Below are positions 9,265-18,585 of a stretch of 64,000 nt of DNA, one piece after another (positions within the stretch are counted from its first letter, which is position 1; every line of letters starts with the position of its first letter). A model generated the notes under the pieces. That model made no database searches. It was not told where the DNA came from and saw nothing but the letters and a program-made list of their open reading frames with translations. Made by a program: the position numbers and the translations under genes. This DNA is from Candidatus Latescibacterota bacterium (GTDB lineage Bacteria > Latescibacterota > UBA2968 > GCA-2709665), in assembly GCA_965208835.1 (NCBI GenBank), contig OZ242358.1:2816001-2880000 (forward strand). Direction: 5' to 3'.

Positions 9265-9437
9265 TGCGTAAACGAACGGGTGAGCAGATAGCAGAACAGC
9301 ATCGTGCTGCTTGCCACCAGCCAGCACCCCCATTGAAGCAGTTTCGCCCGGCGTCCTTCCATACCGGAAGAAACGGACTGTCCAAGATAGCACAGTAGGA
9401 ACACCAACGAAATACCGATACCCCAGATCGTGATCAA
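9261..9437 (-). CDS. Small (58 aa) two-helix membrane protein
   Basis: AGGAGG, 7 nt, TTG; MITIWGIGISLVFLLCYLGQSVSSGMEGRRAKLLQWGCWLVASSTMLFCYLLTRSFTQ*; stop overlaps the DUF402 start (ATGA). Confidence 0.7.
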   Translation of the reverse strand: MITIWGIGISLVFLLCYLGQSVSSGMEGRRAKLLQWGCWLVASSTMLFCYLLTRSFTQ

Positions 9438-9449
9438 GAAATTTCCTCC

Positions 9450-10187
9450 TCACTCCTGCGCCTCTCCCGTCATAGGTACGAACCGGACGGGAATGACCTG
9501 TTCTTCCTTCACGCCATCCTCTTCCTTGACGAGAAGCGTCAGGTGTTGATTAACGGTGCCGACGGGTATCACCATGCGCCCGCCTTCCCGCAACTGTTCG
9601 ACCAGCTTCGGCGGAATATGATCGGGCGCCGCTGTCACAATCACCGCGTCGAAGGGCGCATGTTCCTCCCAACCACGGTACCCGTCGCCCAGGCGTACGC
9701 TGACGTTACCGTATCCCATGCGCTTCAGTCGTTCCTCAGCCTGGCTGGCGAGCGACGGCACGATTTCAATGGTATATACCTCGCGCACCAGCTTGGCCAG
9801 GACGGCTGCCTGATAGCCGGATCCGGTTCCCACCTCAAGCACGGTCTCATCGCCGTTCAGATCCAGCAATTCGGTCATTTTCGCCACAATATACGGTTGA
9901 GATATCGTCTGGTCTTCACCGATAGGCAGCGCGCCGTCGTCGTACGCGCGTTCCATGAGGTGTTCGGGCACAAACAGGTGACGCGGCACCCCCAGCAATG
10001 CATTCAACACACGCCGTTCCCTGATTCCGCGACGCTCGATCTGGTTTTTTATCATCCTCTTGCGCATTACGAGAAACCGCGCCTCCTCGTCCGCTGACAC
10101 GTTCCGTCCGTCCGTCGAATCCGCGCTACATCCGGCGCAAAGTGCCAGCCATAGCACCGGCAATGCGGCGCCACGTAAGCGATACAT
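9450..10187 (-). CDS. pcm: Protein-L-isoaspartate O-methyltransferase with N-terminal lipoprotein-like signal
   Basis: VPRHLFV, QTISQPYIVA, VLEVGTGSGYQAA, GDG..GW...APFD, VRFVPM; leader ...WLALCAGC. Confidence 0.93.
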   Translation of the reverse strand: MYRLRGAALPVLWLALCAGCSADSTDGRNVSADEEARFLVMRKRMIKNQIERRGIRERRVLNALLGVPRHLFVPEHLMERAYDDGALPIGEDQTISQPYIVAKMTELLDLNGDETVLEVGTGSGYQAAVLAKLVREVYTIEIVPSLASQAEERLKRMGYGNVSVRLGDGYRGWEEHAPFDAVIVTAAPDHIPPKLVEQLREGGRMVIPVGTVNQHLTLLVKEEDGVKEEQVIPVRFVPMTGEAQE

Positions 10188-10208
10188 GGTCTACGGCCTC
10201 CAGTGGGA

Positions 10209-11831
10209 TCACTTTTTCCTGCTCTCCAGGTATGCCTTGTCCCGTTGCAGGAGTTCAGGGTTCAGGCTGTAGAACAACTCCCGGGTCCGGGAAAGCATCC
10301 TGCTCGTGACGACGAACCGGCCGTCGAGCAATAACGAAGGATTCATCGACGGGTCGATTCCGGCTCTTGCCGCCGAAATCCGGGACTGTGCAGCCATCGC
10401 GGCGCCATCGGCAGCGGCGCAGCGCCCGATTCGCTTGCCATCGATCGCCTGCCGTTTCAGGCAGGCGGCGTGAGATTCCTCGATCCCGAGTTTCGGAGCG
10501 CCCCGGAACACGCACATCGCGAAGGCCCGGTACCGATCGGGATAGATCTGCCGAACACACAAGCTGGAGATCGCGCTTTCATCCTGCCCGATCGGTTGGA
10601 GGCGCAGACGCTCAGGGGCGTCGACGGCGTCGAGCCAGGAGTGAAGGTCTCCGGCGATCCGCACTGTAAGCGGTGACGCATCCGCAAAGAAGAACTCCAT
10701 ACGGCCCGGTATCGCTTTCCGGCCCATCAGCCGGGACACAGGCACGAGTACGGGCCTTGGCATGTAACTTCCCCGGATCGGGTAAACGGCCTTTGCAAAT
10801 CGCTCAAAACGGGCCGTTTTGGAAAAATCGGAGTCGAGGATAAACGCGGGCAACCGATCAACCCGAAACTGATCTGCCAGCTTCCTCCCACGGCGGGAAT
10901 GTACATTAAGCGTTTGAACGTCCACGCCCGGAAACAATTCCCGGGTGGACCGGACAAACGTCGCCGGATCGCAAAGATCACATCCGGTATCGTTCAAGAC
11001 CGTCATCCTGAAGACGACCGGATCGCTGAACCTGCAAGACGCCGCCGGCTCACCGGCGTTAACGCAGACCCCCACCCGGCCCGTCGAAACACAGTCGCGG
11101 TCGGTCCCGCAGACCGGTACCGACGCGCAGGGCCCCGCCAGACTGTCCAGCCCGCAGATGCGTCGGGCAAGGCCATGCGTTTCGATTCCTCCTTCAACTT
11201 CCACACCGTCAACGTACAGGGTCGGTGACGCCTTGACGCCCAGATGAATCGCCCTCCGGATGTTTTCGCGGAAGAGCGTCTCACCTTCCGCGCTGGCGGC
11301 GATTTCCGCCACCCTTTCCGGATTGATTCCTGTGCGTCGGGCACTGGTCTGCCAATCCGGAGATTCCATATTTTCGTTTCTGTCCAGAATATAGTCATAG
11401 AATCGATCAGGATACAAATGCATCATCACGACCTGCCGGATCCCCTCCTCCACCTCGGCATCGCCATGCAGACTCAGGAATCGACCCGTTCCGGATACGG
11501 CACCGGATTCGCAGGATTCACCGTGGCTTCGGAGTGGACGCAACGGTCCGGCGGACACGGGCTCTTTTCCGGCCTCCTGAGCGATAAAATGCAGACGGAA
11601 ATCGATGCCGTCGCCAAATGCCTTGACGGTTGGCGCGAGCGCGGTCTCCGCCCGCATCCCGTAGGGACAGTGCGCCATCACGAACAATTCAACCTCAACG
11701 CGGCTTCCGGCATCACCCGCGCGGTTCCTTGCAGCTTCGCTTCCAGAAATGTCCGTAACAAGCCCGGGAAGCCACTGCAGCAGGCCCACCAGGAAAGGAC
11801 CGCAAATCTCCCACAACCCGGCAGCGCTCAT
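10209..11831 (-). CDS. Multi-module thioredoxin/DsbA-fold protein (GILT-like), Cys-rich, probably exported
   Basis: VELFVMAHCPYG, SLHGDAEVEE, cis-Pro-type loops ASPTLYVDG, RLPAFIL and NPSLLLDG, a CDLC motif and a Cys-rich linker. Confidence 0.6.
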   Translation of the reverse strand: MSAAGLWEICGPFLVGLLQWLPGLVTDISGSEAARNRAGDAGSRVEVELFVMAHCPYGMRAETALAPTVKAFGDGIDFRLHFIAQEAGKEPVSAGPLRPLRSHGESCESGAVSGTGRFLSLHGDAEVEEGIRQVVMMHLYPDRFYDYILDRNENMESPDWQTSARRTGINPERVAEIAASAEGETLFRENIRRAIHLGVKASPTLYVDGVEVEGGIETHGLARRICGLDSLAGPCASVPVCGTDRDCVSTGRVGVCVNAGEPAASCRFSDPVVFRMTVLNDTGCDLCDPATFVRSTRELFPGVDVQTLNVHSRRGRKLADQFRVDRLPAFILDSDFSKTARFERFAKAVYPIRGSYMPRPVLVPVSRLMGRKAIPGRMEFFFADASPLTVRIAGDLHSWLDAVDAPERLRLQPIGQDESAISSLCVRQIYPDRYRAFAMCVFRGAPKLGIEESHAACLKRQAIDGKRIGRCAAADGAAMAAQSRISAARAGIDPSMNPSLLLDGRFVVTSRMLSRTRELFYSLNPELLQRDKAYLESRKK

Positions 11832-11962
11832 AATGACCTCAGCTTCTCCTTCAAGAAGGCGTTCGTAGTCTGGCGCCGTGCAGAAAAGGCGGGAGCGCGC
11901 CGCAGGCTCCGAAGGGAATCTACAGAATCTGGATGGGAGGAGGAATCATCTCGGCAGCGGAC

Positions 11963-11991
11963 GCATCCCTGACGACAACCGTCAGGGATGC
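11963..11991. other. Perfect 12-bp hairpin
   Basis: GCATCCCTGACG-acaac-CGTCAGGGATGC. Confidence 0.5.
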
Positions 11992-12000
11992 AGCAGAAGC

Positions 12001-12032
12001 AAGAAAGGCCGCCTCCGGCATAGAGACGACCT
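12001..12032 (-). terminator. Probable intrinsic terminator after the 12074-12874 gene
   Basis: Minus strand AGGTCGTCTC-loop-GAGGCGGCCT (with G-U pairs) followed by TTCTT. Confidence 0.45.
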
Positions 12033-12073
12033 CTATAAGCTGATTCACAGGTTGCGGCGCCACACCAATGACG

Positions 12074-12874
12074 TCATTTCAACAGCATCATCCGCCTGGA
12101 CGCCGAGAAATCGGCGGCCTGCAGCCGATACAGGTAGATCCCGCTGGCAACCTGCCGTCCCAGCTGGTCCTTGCCATCCCAGTTTGCCGTGTAGTGGCCC
12201 GCTTCATTACGCGCGTCCACCAGAACCCGCACCTCCTGACCGAGGAGATTATAGATGGCCAGCCTGACCTGTCCGGCCTCCGCAATCTGATACTCAATAG
12301 CTGTGGAGGGGTTGAAGGGATTCGGCATATTCTGGCTCAGGGAGGTTCGGTCGGGCACCGGCTTCAAATTCCCGATTTCTATTTGCGTGAGCAGATCGAT
12401 ATTTCCATCGAGCCCGACCAATACGCCTTCAGCGACCTGGAAATCCGTTGGCAGCGGAGTCTCCGTCGTTTTAAAGACGAGCTCGACGAGACCGCCGTCA
12501 CCGCTGGCGCCCACGCCGTCGACTTTCATGGCGCCAATATCCAGTTTTCCGGGCGTCCGGCTGGAAGACAGGAAGAGCGTGTTCTTGTCAGACCGAGACG
12601 AAAGCAGGTTGCCCTCGAGCTCCCTGGCTTCAATAAATTCGTACTTGCCAGTGTCGTAGATCAGCGAGAATCCGTACCCCTTCAGGTCTTTGGCCTGGGC
12701 AAGTGAAACATGGAGCTTAAGGACACCAGGTTCGGCGTCCGGCGCGTCCGCCCGCTCCAGCGTCAGACGAGCGAACGAGTTCTGACCGCCGTTGATGGTC
12801 AATCCATCGGTCATTTCTCCCGCAGACGCGGAGCCCGCCAGAGCGAGTGCCAGAAAAACGAGAATCTTACACAT
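12074..12874 (-). CDS. Secreted protein with cohesin-like domain and C-terminal FlgD-Ig / T9SS-sorting-like domain
   Basis: Signal peptide ending ASA; tail QNMPNPFNPSTAIEY...IYNLLGQEVR...WDGKDQLGRQVASGIYLYRL...MMLLK. Confidence 0.8.
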   Translation of the reverse strand: MCKILVFLALALAGSASAGEMTDGLTINGGQNSFARLTLERADAPDAEPGVLKLHVSLAQAKDLKGYGFSLIYDTGKYEFIEARELEGNLLSSRSDKNTLFLSSSRTPGKLDIGAMKVDGVGASGDGGLVELVFKTTETPLPTDFQVAEGVLVGLDGNIDLLTQIEIGNLKPVPDRTSLSQNMPNPFNPSTAIEYQIAEAGQVRLAIYNLLGQEVRVLVDARNEAGHYTANWDGKDQLGRQVASGIYLYRLQAADFSASRRMMLLK

Positions 12875-12928
12875 AACCGCCCCCTTTCGGAGTTCAGACG
12901 AACCTCGTCGTGAAGCCTTCTCCCCTTA

Positions 12929-12957
12929 AATCTACGTGGTACAGTGCCCCATGTCAA
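12929..12957 (-). promoter_or_regulatory. Sigma70-type promoter
   Basis: TTGACA-17 nt-TAGATT on the minus strand, about 55 nt upstream of the start at 12874. Confidence 0.6.
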
Positions 12958-13140
12958 CAGTCAAATACGGCGGATGTCGCGCAGAAAATCCAATGGCATA
13001 AAACAGACTCCGGTACCGTGAAACAGATGGACGCCAGCGCCCCGATTCGGTCAGGGAATCATCGAAGCTTCCGGCGCCTCCCGGCAGACCCGTTCAGGGA
13101 AAACACCGACAGGCCACGACGACGCAAGGCGAAGGCTGAC

Positions 13141-14664
13141 TCACTGCACCGGTCGCAGATCGCCGAAATAGTCCTGAATCGAGTCGACGAGGCCGTCGAT
13201 GCCGACTTCCCGGTCTGCGGCTTGCGCCACAACGGAATAGCCCAGATTCCGAGCCGTCTCCGCCGTTGTGGGCCCAATACAGGCAGCGGGGAGTGTCCGC
13301 GCAACTTCAGGCATTCCGAATTGCTTAAATAATTCCGTACAATTCGATGCGGCAGAGGGACTTGAAAAAACAACCAGGTCAACCTCATTCCGTTGAAGGC
13401 GTCCCTTGACCTGACCCGAAATGCGCGGAGGTTTCTCAGTCCGGTAAACAATGACCTCCCGCACATCCGCCCCCAGCCCGCGCAATGCATCCGGTATTGT
13501 TCTCCGCCCCTTTTGCCCACGGGGAATCAGTACGCGCAGCCCGGACACGTTTACGTCGGCGAACTGCTCCGCAAGGTCGGAGGCCGTGTGCCGGCGCGGG
13601 CACAAGTCCACACGCAGGCCGTAACTCCGAACCTTCTCCGCGGATTTCCGACCCACGACGGCAACCCTGACTTTCGACAATCCGTTGAGGTTGCCATGCA
13701 ACCTTCGCACCCGCTTGACGAACCGTTCAATGGCGTTTCCGCTGGCAAAAACGAGCCAGTCAAATCGGTCCAACTCCTCAATTGCGGCATCCACCGGCAA
13801 CCAATCAGGCGGATCCGTGATCTCTATGGCCGGGGCCACCAGGACCTCCGCCCCGAGTCCCATCAACATGCCGCGCAGGTCCCCCGCCTGATTCCGGCTG
13901 CGGGTAATCATGACACGCCTGCCGAAAAGAGGAAGCCGCTCGAACCATGGAAAGTCCGACGCTGCCACTTCGCCCACCACAATTGCGGCTGGGCTGCGTG
14001 CGTCCACATCGGCCAGGGTACCGAGCGTGCACCGGACGGTCGTCTGACCCGGCAACGTACCGTCCTGCACCACGGCCACAGGCGTGTCGACGGAACGTCC
14101 TGCCTGGATCAGTCTTCGGGCGACCTCACCACGATTCCGCACGCCCATCAGTACGACAAGGGTGCCACCCAGCTGACCCAGCGCGCGCCAGTCTACCTCC
14201 GGGAGCGCGTCCAAAGACTCGCGGTGACCCGTAAGAATCGTCACATGTGGTGCGATCCCCCGTCGGGTGACCGTTATACCCGCGTATGCCGGCGCGGCGA
14301 TCGCGCTGGTAATTCCGGGTATCACTTCAAATGCGATGCCGGCCTCTTTCAGCGTTGCCATCTCCTCCCCGCCGCGCCCGAACAGGAATGGGTCTCCACC
14401 CTTCAGGCGCACCACCCTGAGCCCCTTCTCCGCCCGTTCAACCATCAGCCGGTTGATCCGTTCCTGCTGTTGTAACTGGGCGCCGGGACGTTTGCCCACG
14501 TCAATCCGCTCACAATGCGGCGGCGCTTCGTCCAGCAGCGCCGGATTCGCCAGGCTGTCGTAAAGAATCACGTCAGCTTTCCGGATACGACGAAGGGCCT
14601 TTATTGTGATCAGTTCGGGATCTCCCGGCCCCGCACCAACGAGAAAAACCGCGCCTTTCGCCAT
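13141..14664 (-). CDS. cobA: Fused uroporphyrinogen-III C-methyltransferase / uroporphyrinogen-III synthase (CobA-HemD)
   Basis: LVGAGPGDPELIT, RLKGGDPFLFGRGGEE, PGITSA; then HemD-like ITRSRNQA, VYRT, FSSPS, CIGPTT. Confidence 0.95.
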   Translation of the reverse strand: MAKGAVFLVGAGPGDPELITIKALRRIRKADVILYDSLANPALLDEAPPHCERIDVGKRPGAQLQQQERINRLMVERAEKGLRVVRLKGGDPFLFGRGGEEMATLKEAGIAFEVIPGITSAIAAPAYAGITVTRRGIAPHVTILTGHRESLDALPEVDWRALGQLGGTLVVLMGVRNRGEVARRLIQAGRSVDTPVAVVQDGTLPGQTTVRCTLGTLADVDARSPAAIVVGEVAASDFPWFERLPLFGRRVMITRSRNQAGDLRGMLMGLGAEVLVAPAIEITDPPDWLPVDAAIEELDRFDWLVFASGNAIERFVKRVRRLHGNLNGLSKVRVAVVGRKSAEKVRSYGLRVDLCPRRHTASDLAEQFADVNVSGLRVLIPRGQKGRRTIPDALRGLGADVREVIVYRTEKPPRISGQVKGRLQRNEVDLVVFSSPSAASNCTELFKQFGMPEVARTLPAACIGPTTAETARNLGYSVVAQAADREVGIDGLVDSIQDYFGDLRPVQ

Positions 14665-14721
14665 TATTATCCCAAATCGCCACGGATCCAGCCGACCTCC
14701 CGTGACACGTTGCCCTGCGGA

Positions 14722-15642
14722 CTAGAGAGCGTCGCCGAGGATCTCCTTCGCCCCGCGCTCGATCAGCAGATCGGAAAGCCTCCTGCCGACATCGACGGAA
14801 TCTTCCGGATCTCCCGTCGTCCGTGCGCGGACGATCTTTCCGCCGTCCGGCTCGGCCACCATCCCATCCGCAATGAGACACCCCTCATCCAACCGCGCCC
14901 ACGCGCCAACCGGCATCTGACATCCCCCGGCGAGTTCATCCAGCATTGCTCGCTCGGCACTCACAGCCGAATGAGTGGAACAATCATGCAGACAGCGCGT
15001 CACCTGCGCGACGCCGTCATCGTCCTGTCTGATCTCGATACCCAGCGCACCCTGGCCTGGAGCCGGAAGAAACCGTTCTGCCGGGAGGAATTCGCTTACG
15101 CGACCTGCTAAACCGAGCCTGCGCAGACCCGCCGCGGCCAGGACCACGGCTTCAACTTCACCCGCATCGAGTTTCCGCAACCGGGTATCCACGTTTCCGC
15201 GGATCCCTTCAACCCTCAGGTCGGGCCTGATATGCCGCAACTGCGCCTGGCGTCTCAGGCTGCCCGTGCCCACCACCGAGCCCTCAGGGAGATTCTCGAG
15301 TGTGTGACCGTTACGGCTGACCAGGGCGTCCCTGACGTCCAAGCGGCGGCTGATGGCCACCAGGCGCAGGCCCTGCGGCAGCCGGGTAGGCAGGTCTTTC
15401 AATGAGTGTACTGCCAGGTCGATTCGCCCGTCGAGGAGCGCCTCTTCGATTTCCCTGGTAAAGACGCGCTTACCGCCGATCCGGGCAACCGGCAGGTTCA
15501 GCTCATGATCCCCCTTCGTTCTGATGACGTCTATGCGAACTTCGAGACCGGGATACGCCTGCAGCAGTGCCGTCCTTGCCCATTCCGCCTGGCACAGGGC
15601 GAGGGGGCTGCCGCGGCTGCCGATCACAAGCCGATTCAACAT
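14722..15642 (-). CDS. hemC: Hydroxymethylbilane synthase
   Basis: GSRGSPLAL.Q, AVHSLKD, GTGSLRR, IRGNVDTRL, PAPGQGAL, cofactor Cys in GGCQMP. Confidence 0.97.
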   Translation of the reverse strand: MLNRLVIGSRGSPLALCQAEWARTALLQAYPGLEVRIDVIRTKGDHELNLPVARIGGKRVFTREIEEALLDGRIDLAVHSLKDLPTRLPQGLRLVAISRRLDVRDALVSRNGHTLENLPEGSVVGTGSLRRQAQLRHIRPDLRVEGIRGNVDTRLRKLDAGEVEAVVLAAAGLRRLGLAGRVSEFLPAERFLPAPGQGALGIEIRQDDDGVAQVTRCLHDCSTHSAVSAERAMLDELAGGCQMPVGAWARLDEGCLIADGMVAEPDGGKIVRARTTGDPEDSVDVGRRLSDLLIERGAKEILGDAL

Positions 15643-16961
15643 TCGGTTTGCACCCTTTCCGCGGGTGCTTCCCGAGCGGTCGATTTCGCCTCCCGGGCCG
15701 GAGTCGCATCCAGGTCGAACAGGCGGATGAGCGTGTCAACGTAGTTCAGCGCCTCCCCTGAATCGGCGGCTTCACGCAACCGGACCTGTGGAGCGTGCAG
15801 CAGCTTGTTCATGTAAAGCCTCAGGAGACCGGCCACTTTCTCTTGTTGTACTTCAGAGAAATCCGACAACCTGGCGCGATCCAGTTCCTCCTCGAGGAGT
15901 TTCTGGAATCGCTGACGCATGGCCACGATGGCGGGCACGACATCGAGCGAATTCAACCAGGACGCGAACACCCTCACCTCTTCGTCGACGATATGCCGCG
16001 CCTTCTCCGCCTCACGCCGCCTCTTTTTCTTGTTTGCTCCGACGACCGCCTGCAGATCGTCAATGTCGTACAGAAAGACGTTATAGAGTGATCCCGCGTC
16101 GGGGGCGATGTCTCTCGGCACCGCGATATCGATGAGAAACATGGCGTTGTTCCGGCGCTGCTGCATCGCGCGCGCTACCCGGGGCTTCTCCAGAATCGGG
16201 ACCGTCGCGCTGGTTGAACTGATCACGATGTCGGCGCGGTGCAGGCCATCCATTGCATCGGACCAGGACAATGCTTTCCCGTTCACGCGTTTCGCCAGGT
16301 CGCGTGCCCGCATGAACGTCCGACTGGACACCATCAGCCGCCCGACCCCTCCATCCACAAGGTGCCTGGCGGTCAGCTCGCTCATCTCGCCCGCACCCAA
16401 TACCAGGGCGGTCCTTTCGTCCAGTTTTCCCAGGATCTTCTTTGCCAGCGCCACGGCCGCGAAACTGACCGAAACCGCGCCGTCGGCGATTTCGGTTTCC
16501 GTTCTGGCCCGTTTCGAGGCTTCGACGGCCGAACGAAACAACCGGTTCAGAACGGTGCCGCTCGTTCCCGCTTCCAGCGCGCGTGCGCCCGCGTCCTTCA
16601 CCTGACCCGCGATCTGCGGCTCGCCCATGATCATCGAATCGAGCCCCGACGCAACACACAGCAGGTGTCGAACGGCATCCAGATCGTTGCGGGTGAATAT
16701 GAATTCGCCCAACTCACCGGCGTCGATCCCGCTGATTTCGCCGAAAACGCCGATGACGCCCGCGCGTGCGGTCTCGGGATCGTCGGTTATAACGTAGGCT
16801 TCGGAACGATTGCAGGTTGAAATGAGACTGCATTCAACCACGGAACCGATCGCGTACAACTGTTCAAGGATGGAGCCGTGCTTCTGTTCGGAGACCGACA
16901 CGCGGTCCCGGACATCCACCGAAGCCGTTCGGTGGTTCAATCCCACAACTACGATAGACAT
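15636..16961 (-). CDS. hemA: Glutamyl-tRNA reductase
   Basis: GLNHRTA, STCNR.E, GLDSMIMGEPQI, GAGEM, DIAVPRDI. Confidence 0.97.
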   Translation of the reverse strand: MSIVVVGLNHRTASVDVRDRVSVSEQKHGSILEQLYAIGSVVECSLISTCNRSEAYVITDDPETARAGVIGVFGEISGIDAGELGEFIFTRNDLDAVRHLLCVASGLDSMIMGEPQIAGQVKDAGARALEAGTSGTVLNRLFRSAVEASKRARTETEIADGAVSVSFAAVALAKKILGKLDERTALVLGAGEMSELTARHLVDGGVGRLMVSSRTFMRARDLAKRVNGKALSWSDAMDGLHRADIVISSTSATVPILEKPRVARAMQQRRNNAMFLIDIAVPRDIAPDAGSLYNVFLYDIDDLQAVVGANKKKRRREAEKARHIVDEEVRVFASWLNSLDVVPAIVAMRQRFQKLLEEELDRARLSDFSEVQQEKVAGLLRLYMNKLLHAPQVRLREAADSGEALNYVDTLIRLFDLDATPAREAKSTAREAPAERVQTEC

Positions 16962-17590
16962 TCCCGTACTTTCCTGTCGAGTTCATCCCACCGTTCCCGT
17001 CGAACCAGGTCCACGGTCTCCCAGTTGACAAGCAGGTCCCACACGGCTTTTCGCCGTGCGGGACTATCGGGAAACCGCGCCATTACCCGCGGACGCAAAC
17101 GGGCCAGATAGTCCGCCATACTTCCGTGTTCCCGCCCCAGGACATTCTCCAGATGCCGCCTGACCATACGCGCGTAGGCCGGGCTCGCCCCCCCTGTTGA
17201 AACCGCCACCTGAAACCCGCCGCGGCGCAGTGTGGAAGGCACGCTGAAGTCTCCCGGGCCCTTCAGGTCCGCGCGATTGACCGGAACCCCGTTTTCGCCT
17301 GCCGCACGCTCGACCTCATCGTTCACCGGACTCGTATCCGTCGCTGCGAAAACCAGGGCCGCGCCCTCGACGTCGCCCCGATGAAAGTGGCGACGCTCCA
17401 GTTGAACACGGTGGTCAGCGGCCAGGCTCTCCAGCGATTCCGAAACCGACGGCGCGATCACCCACACGCACGCGCCCGCGGCGAGCAGGCCCAGCACTTT
17501 CCGCTCGGCAACGGTTCCACCGCCCACGACGACACATTTCCTGTTCCTCAAATCCAGAAAGATCGGGTATTCAACACATTGGCCTGCCAT
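16949..17590 (-). CDS. Precorrin-2 dehydrogenase / sirohydrochlorin ferrochelatase (SirC/Met8/CysG-N family)
   Basis: YPIFLDL, VVGGGTVAERK, AATD, AVSTGGASP. Confidence 0.9.
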   Translation of the reverse strand: MAGQCVEYPIFLDLRNRKCVVVGGGTVAERKVLGLLAAGACVWVIAPSVSESLESLAADHRVQLERRHFHRGDVEGAALVFAATDTSPVNDEVERAAGENGVPVNRADLKGPGDFSVPSTLRRGGFQVAVSTGGASPAYARMVRRHLENVLGREHGSMADYLARLRPRVMARFPDSPARRKAVWDLLVNWETVDLVRRERWDELDRKVRECLS

Positions 17591-17610
17591 TTGGACCCAC
17601 GCGAATCGAC

Positions 17611-18438
17611 CTACTGTGCCAGAACGTGTTTTCCGGGAAACAGCAAACCCATGACTGGAAACGTAAACACAACGAGGACGAACCCTAGAATTGACATGAA
17701 CGCCGCCCGTTTACCCTGCCACCCGGCGATCCTTCGGGCTCCAAGATGCCCGGCATAGACTACCCAGGTAATCAGAAGCACCCAGAACGCCGGTTCGTTC
17801 CAGATCCAAAGCCTGTACATCTTCTGGTGAACCCAGACGGAACTCGCCACGATACCTGCCGTCAGGAAAACGAAACCGAAAGACGCGGCACGGTTGTTGG
17901 TCTGGTCGAGTGTATCCAGCGGCGGCAGTCGATCGTAGAAAAAACCCAGATGCTTCTTTTGAATCTCCCCCAACAGCATCACGTACATCGTTGCGCTGAC
18001 ACTGGATATGGCAAATGCCGCGTATGCCAGAATGTAAGCGAACACGTGGAGCTTGAACCAGCCCCCCGTGTGCGCGACTCTGGTTGCGCCGTCAGTTCCC
18101 ATCAGGTTGGAAGCGGCAACCACGTGCAACACCGCAACGATGGGAACGACCAGTGCACCCAGCGACCCGCGACACGTGCCGAATTCCAGGTAAAGAAATA
18201 CAATGACAACCAGCCAGGCGCATAGAGAAGGCAGCACCTGGCTGGTCAAAGGAACCTGTCCGGCAGCAATGGCCATTCTGGCGAGCAAAGCACTATGCAG
18301 CACCCAGCCAACGATGAGACTCCAGAACCCCAGGGAGCCCCCGATAGCACGCATCCGTATAAAATGCGCGGCGTAGGCGCACGCGCTGATGACGTAGGCC
18401 GCGCCCGTACCCGCCACAAGCAGATTCTGCATACCCAT
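17611..18438 (-). CDS. CcsA/HemX-like cytochrome c assembly membrane protein
   Basis: Multiple TM helices, conserved His (KLHV), RLPPLDTLD, Trp-rich WIWNEP, GWQGKRAA; upstream of hemA. Confidence 0.8.
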   Translation of the reverse strand: MGMQNLLVAGTGAAYVISACAYAAHFIRMRAIGGSLGFWSLIVGWVLHSALLARMAIAAGQVPLTSQVLPSLCAWLVVIVFLYLEFGTCRGSLGALVVPIVAVLHVVAASNLMGTDGATRVAHTGGWFKLHVFAYILAYAAFAISSVSATMYVMLLGEIQKKHLGFFYDRLPPLDTLDQTNNRAASFGFVFLTAGIVASSVWVHQKMYRLWIWNEPAFWVLLITWVVYAGHLGARRIAGWQGKRAAFMSILGFVLVVFTFPVMGLLFPGKHVLAQ

Positions 18439-18585
18439 ACAATCGGACCCCGGCCTCCAGCGGCGTGTGAAGCTGATCTCCGACCCTCCGTCCGTCAGTA
18501 CCGATCACGGCGTTCCTGACGTTCGCCACCGGCGATCCGGATCCTCATCACGGAACTCCCGGAAGGTCGATACGGGAAGTTAAAC

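Noticed and set aside
9265-9453. N-terminal extension of the DUF402 ORF
   Set aside because: Better explained by the 58-aa ORF in another frame with its own RBS
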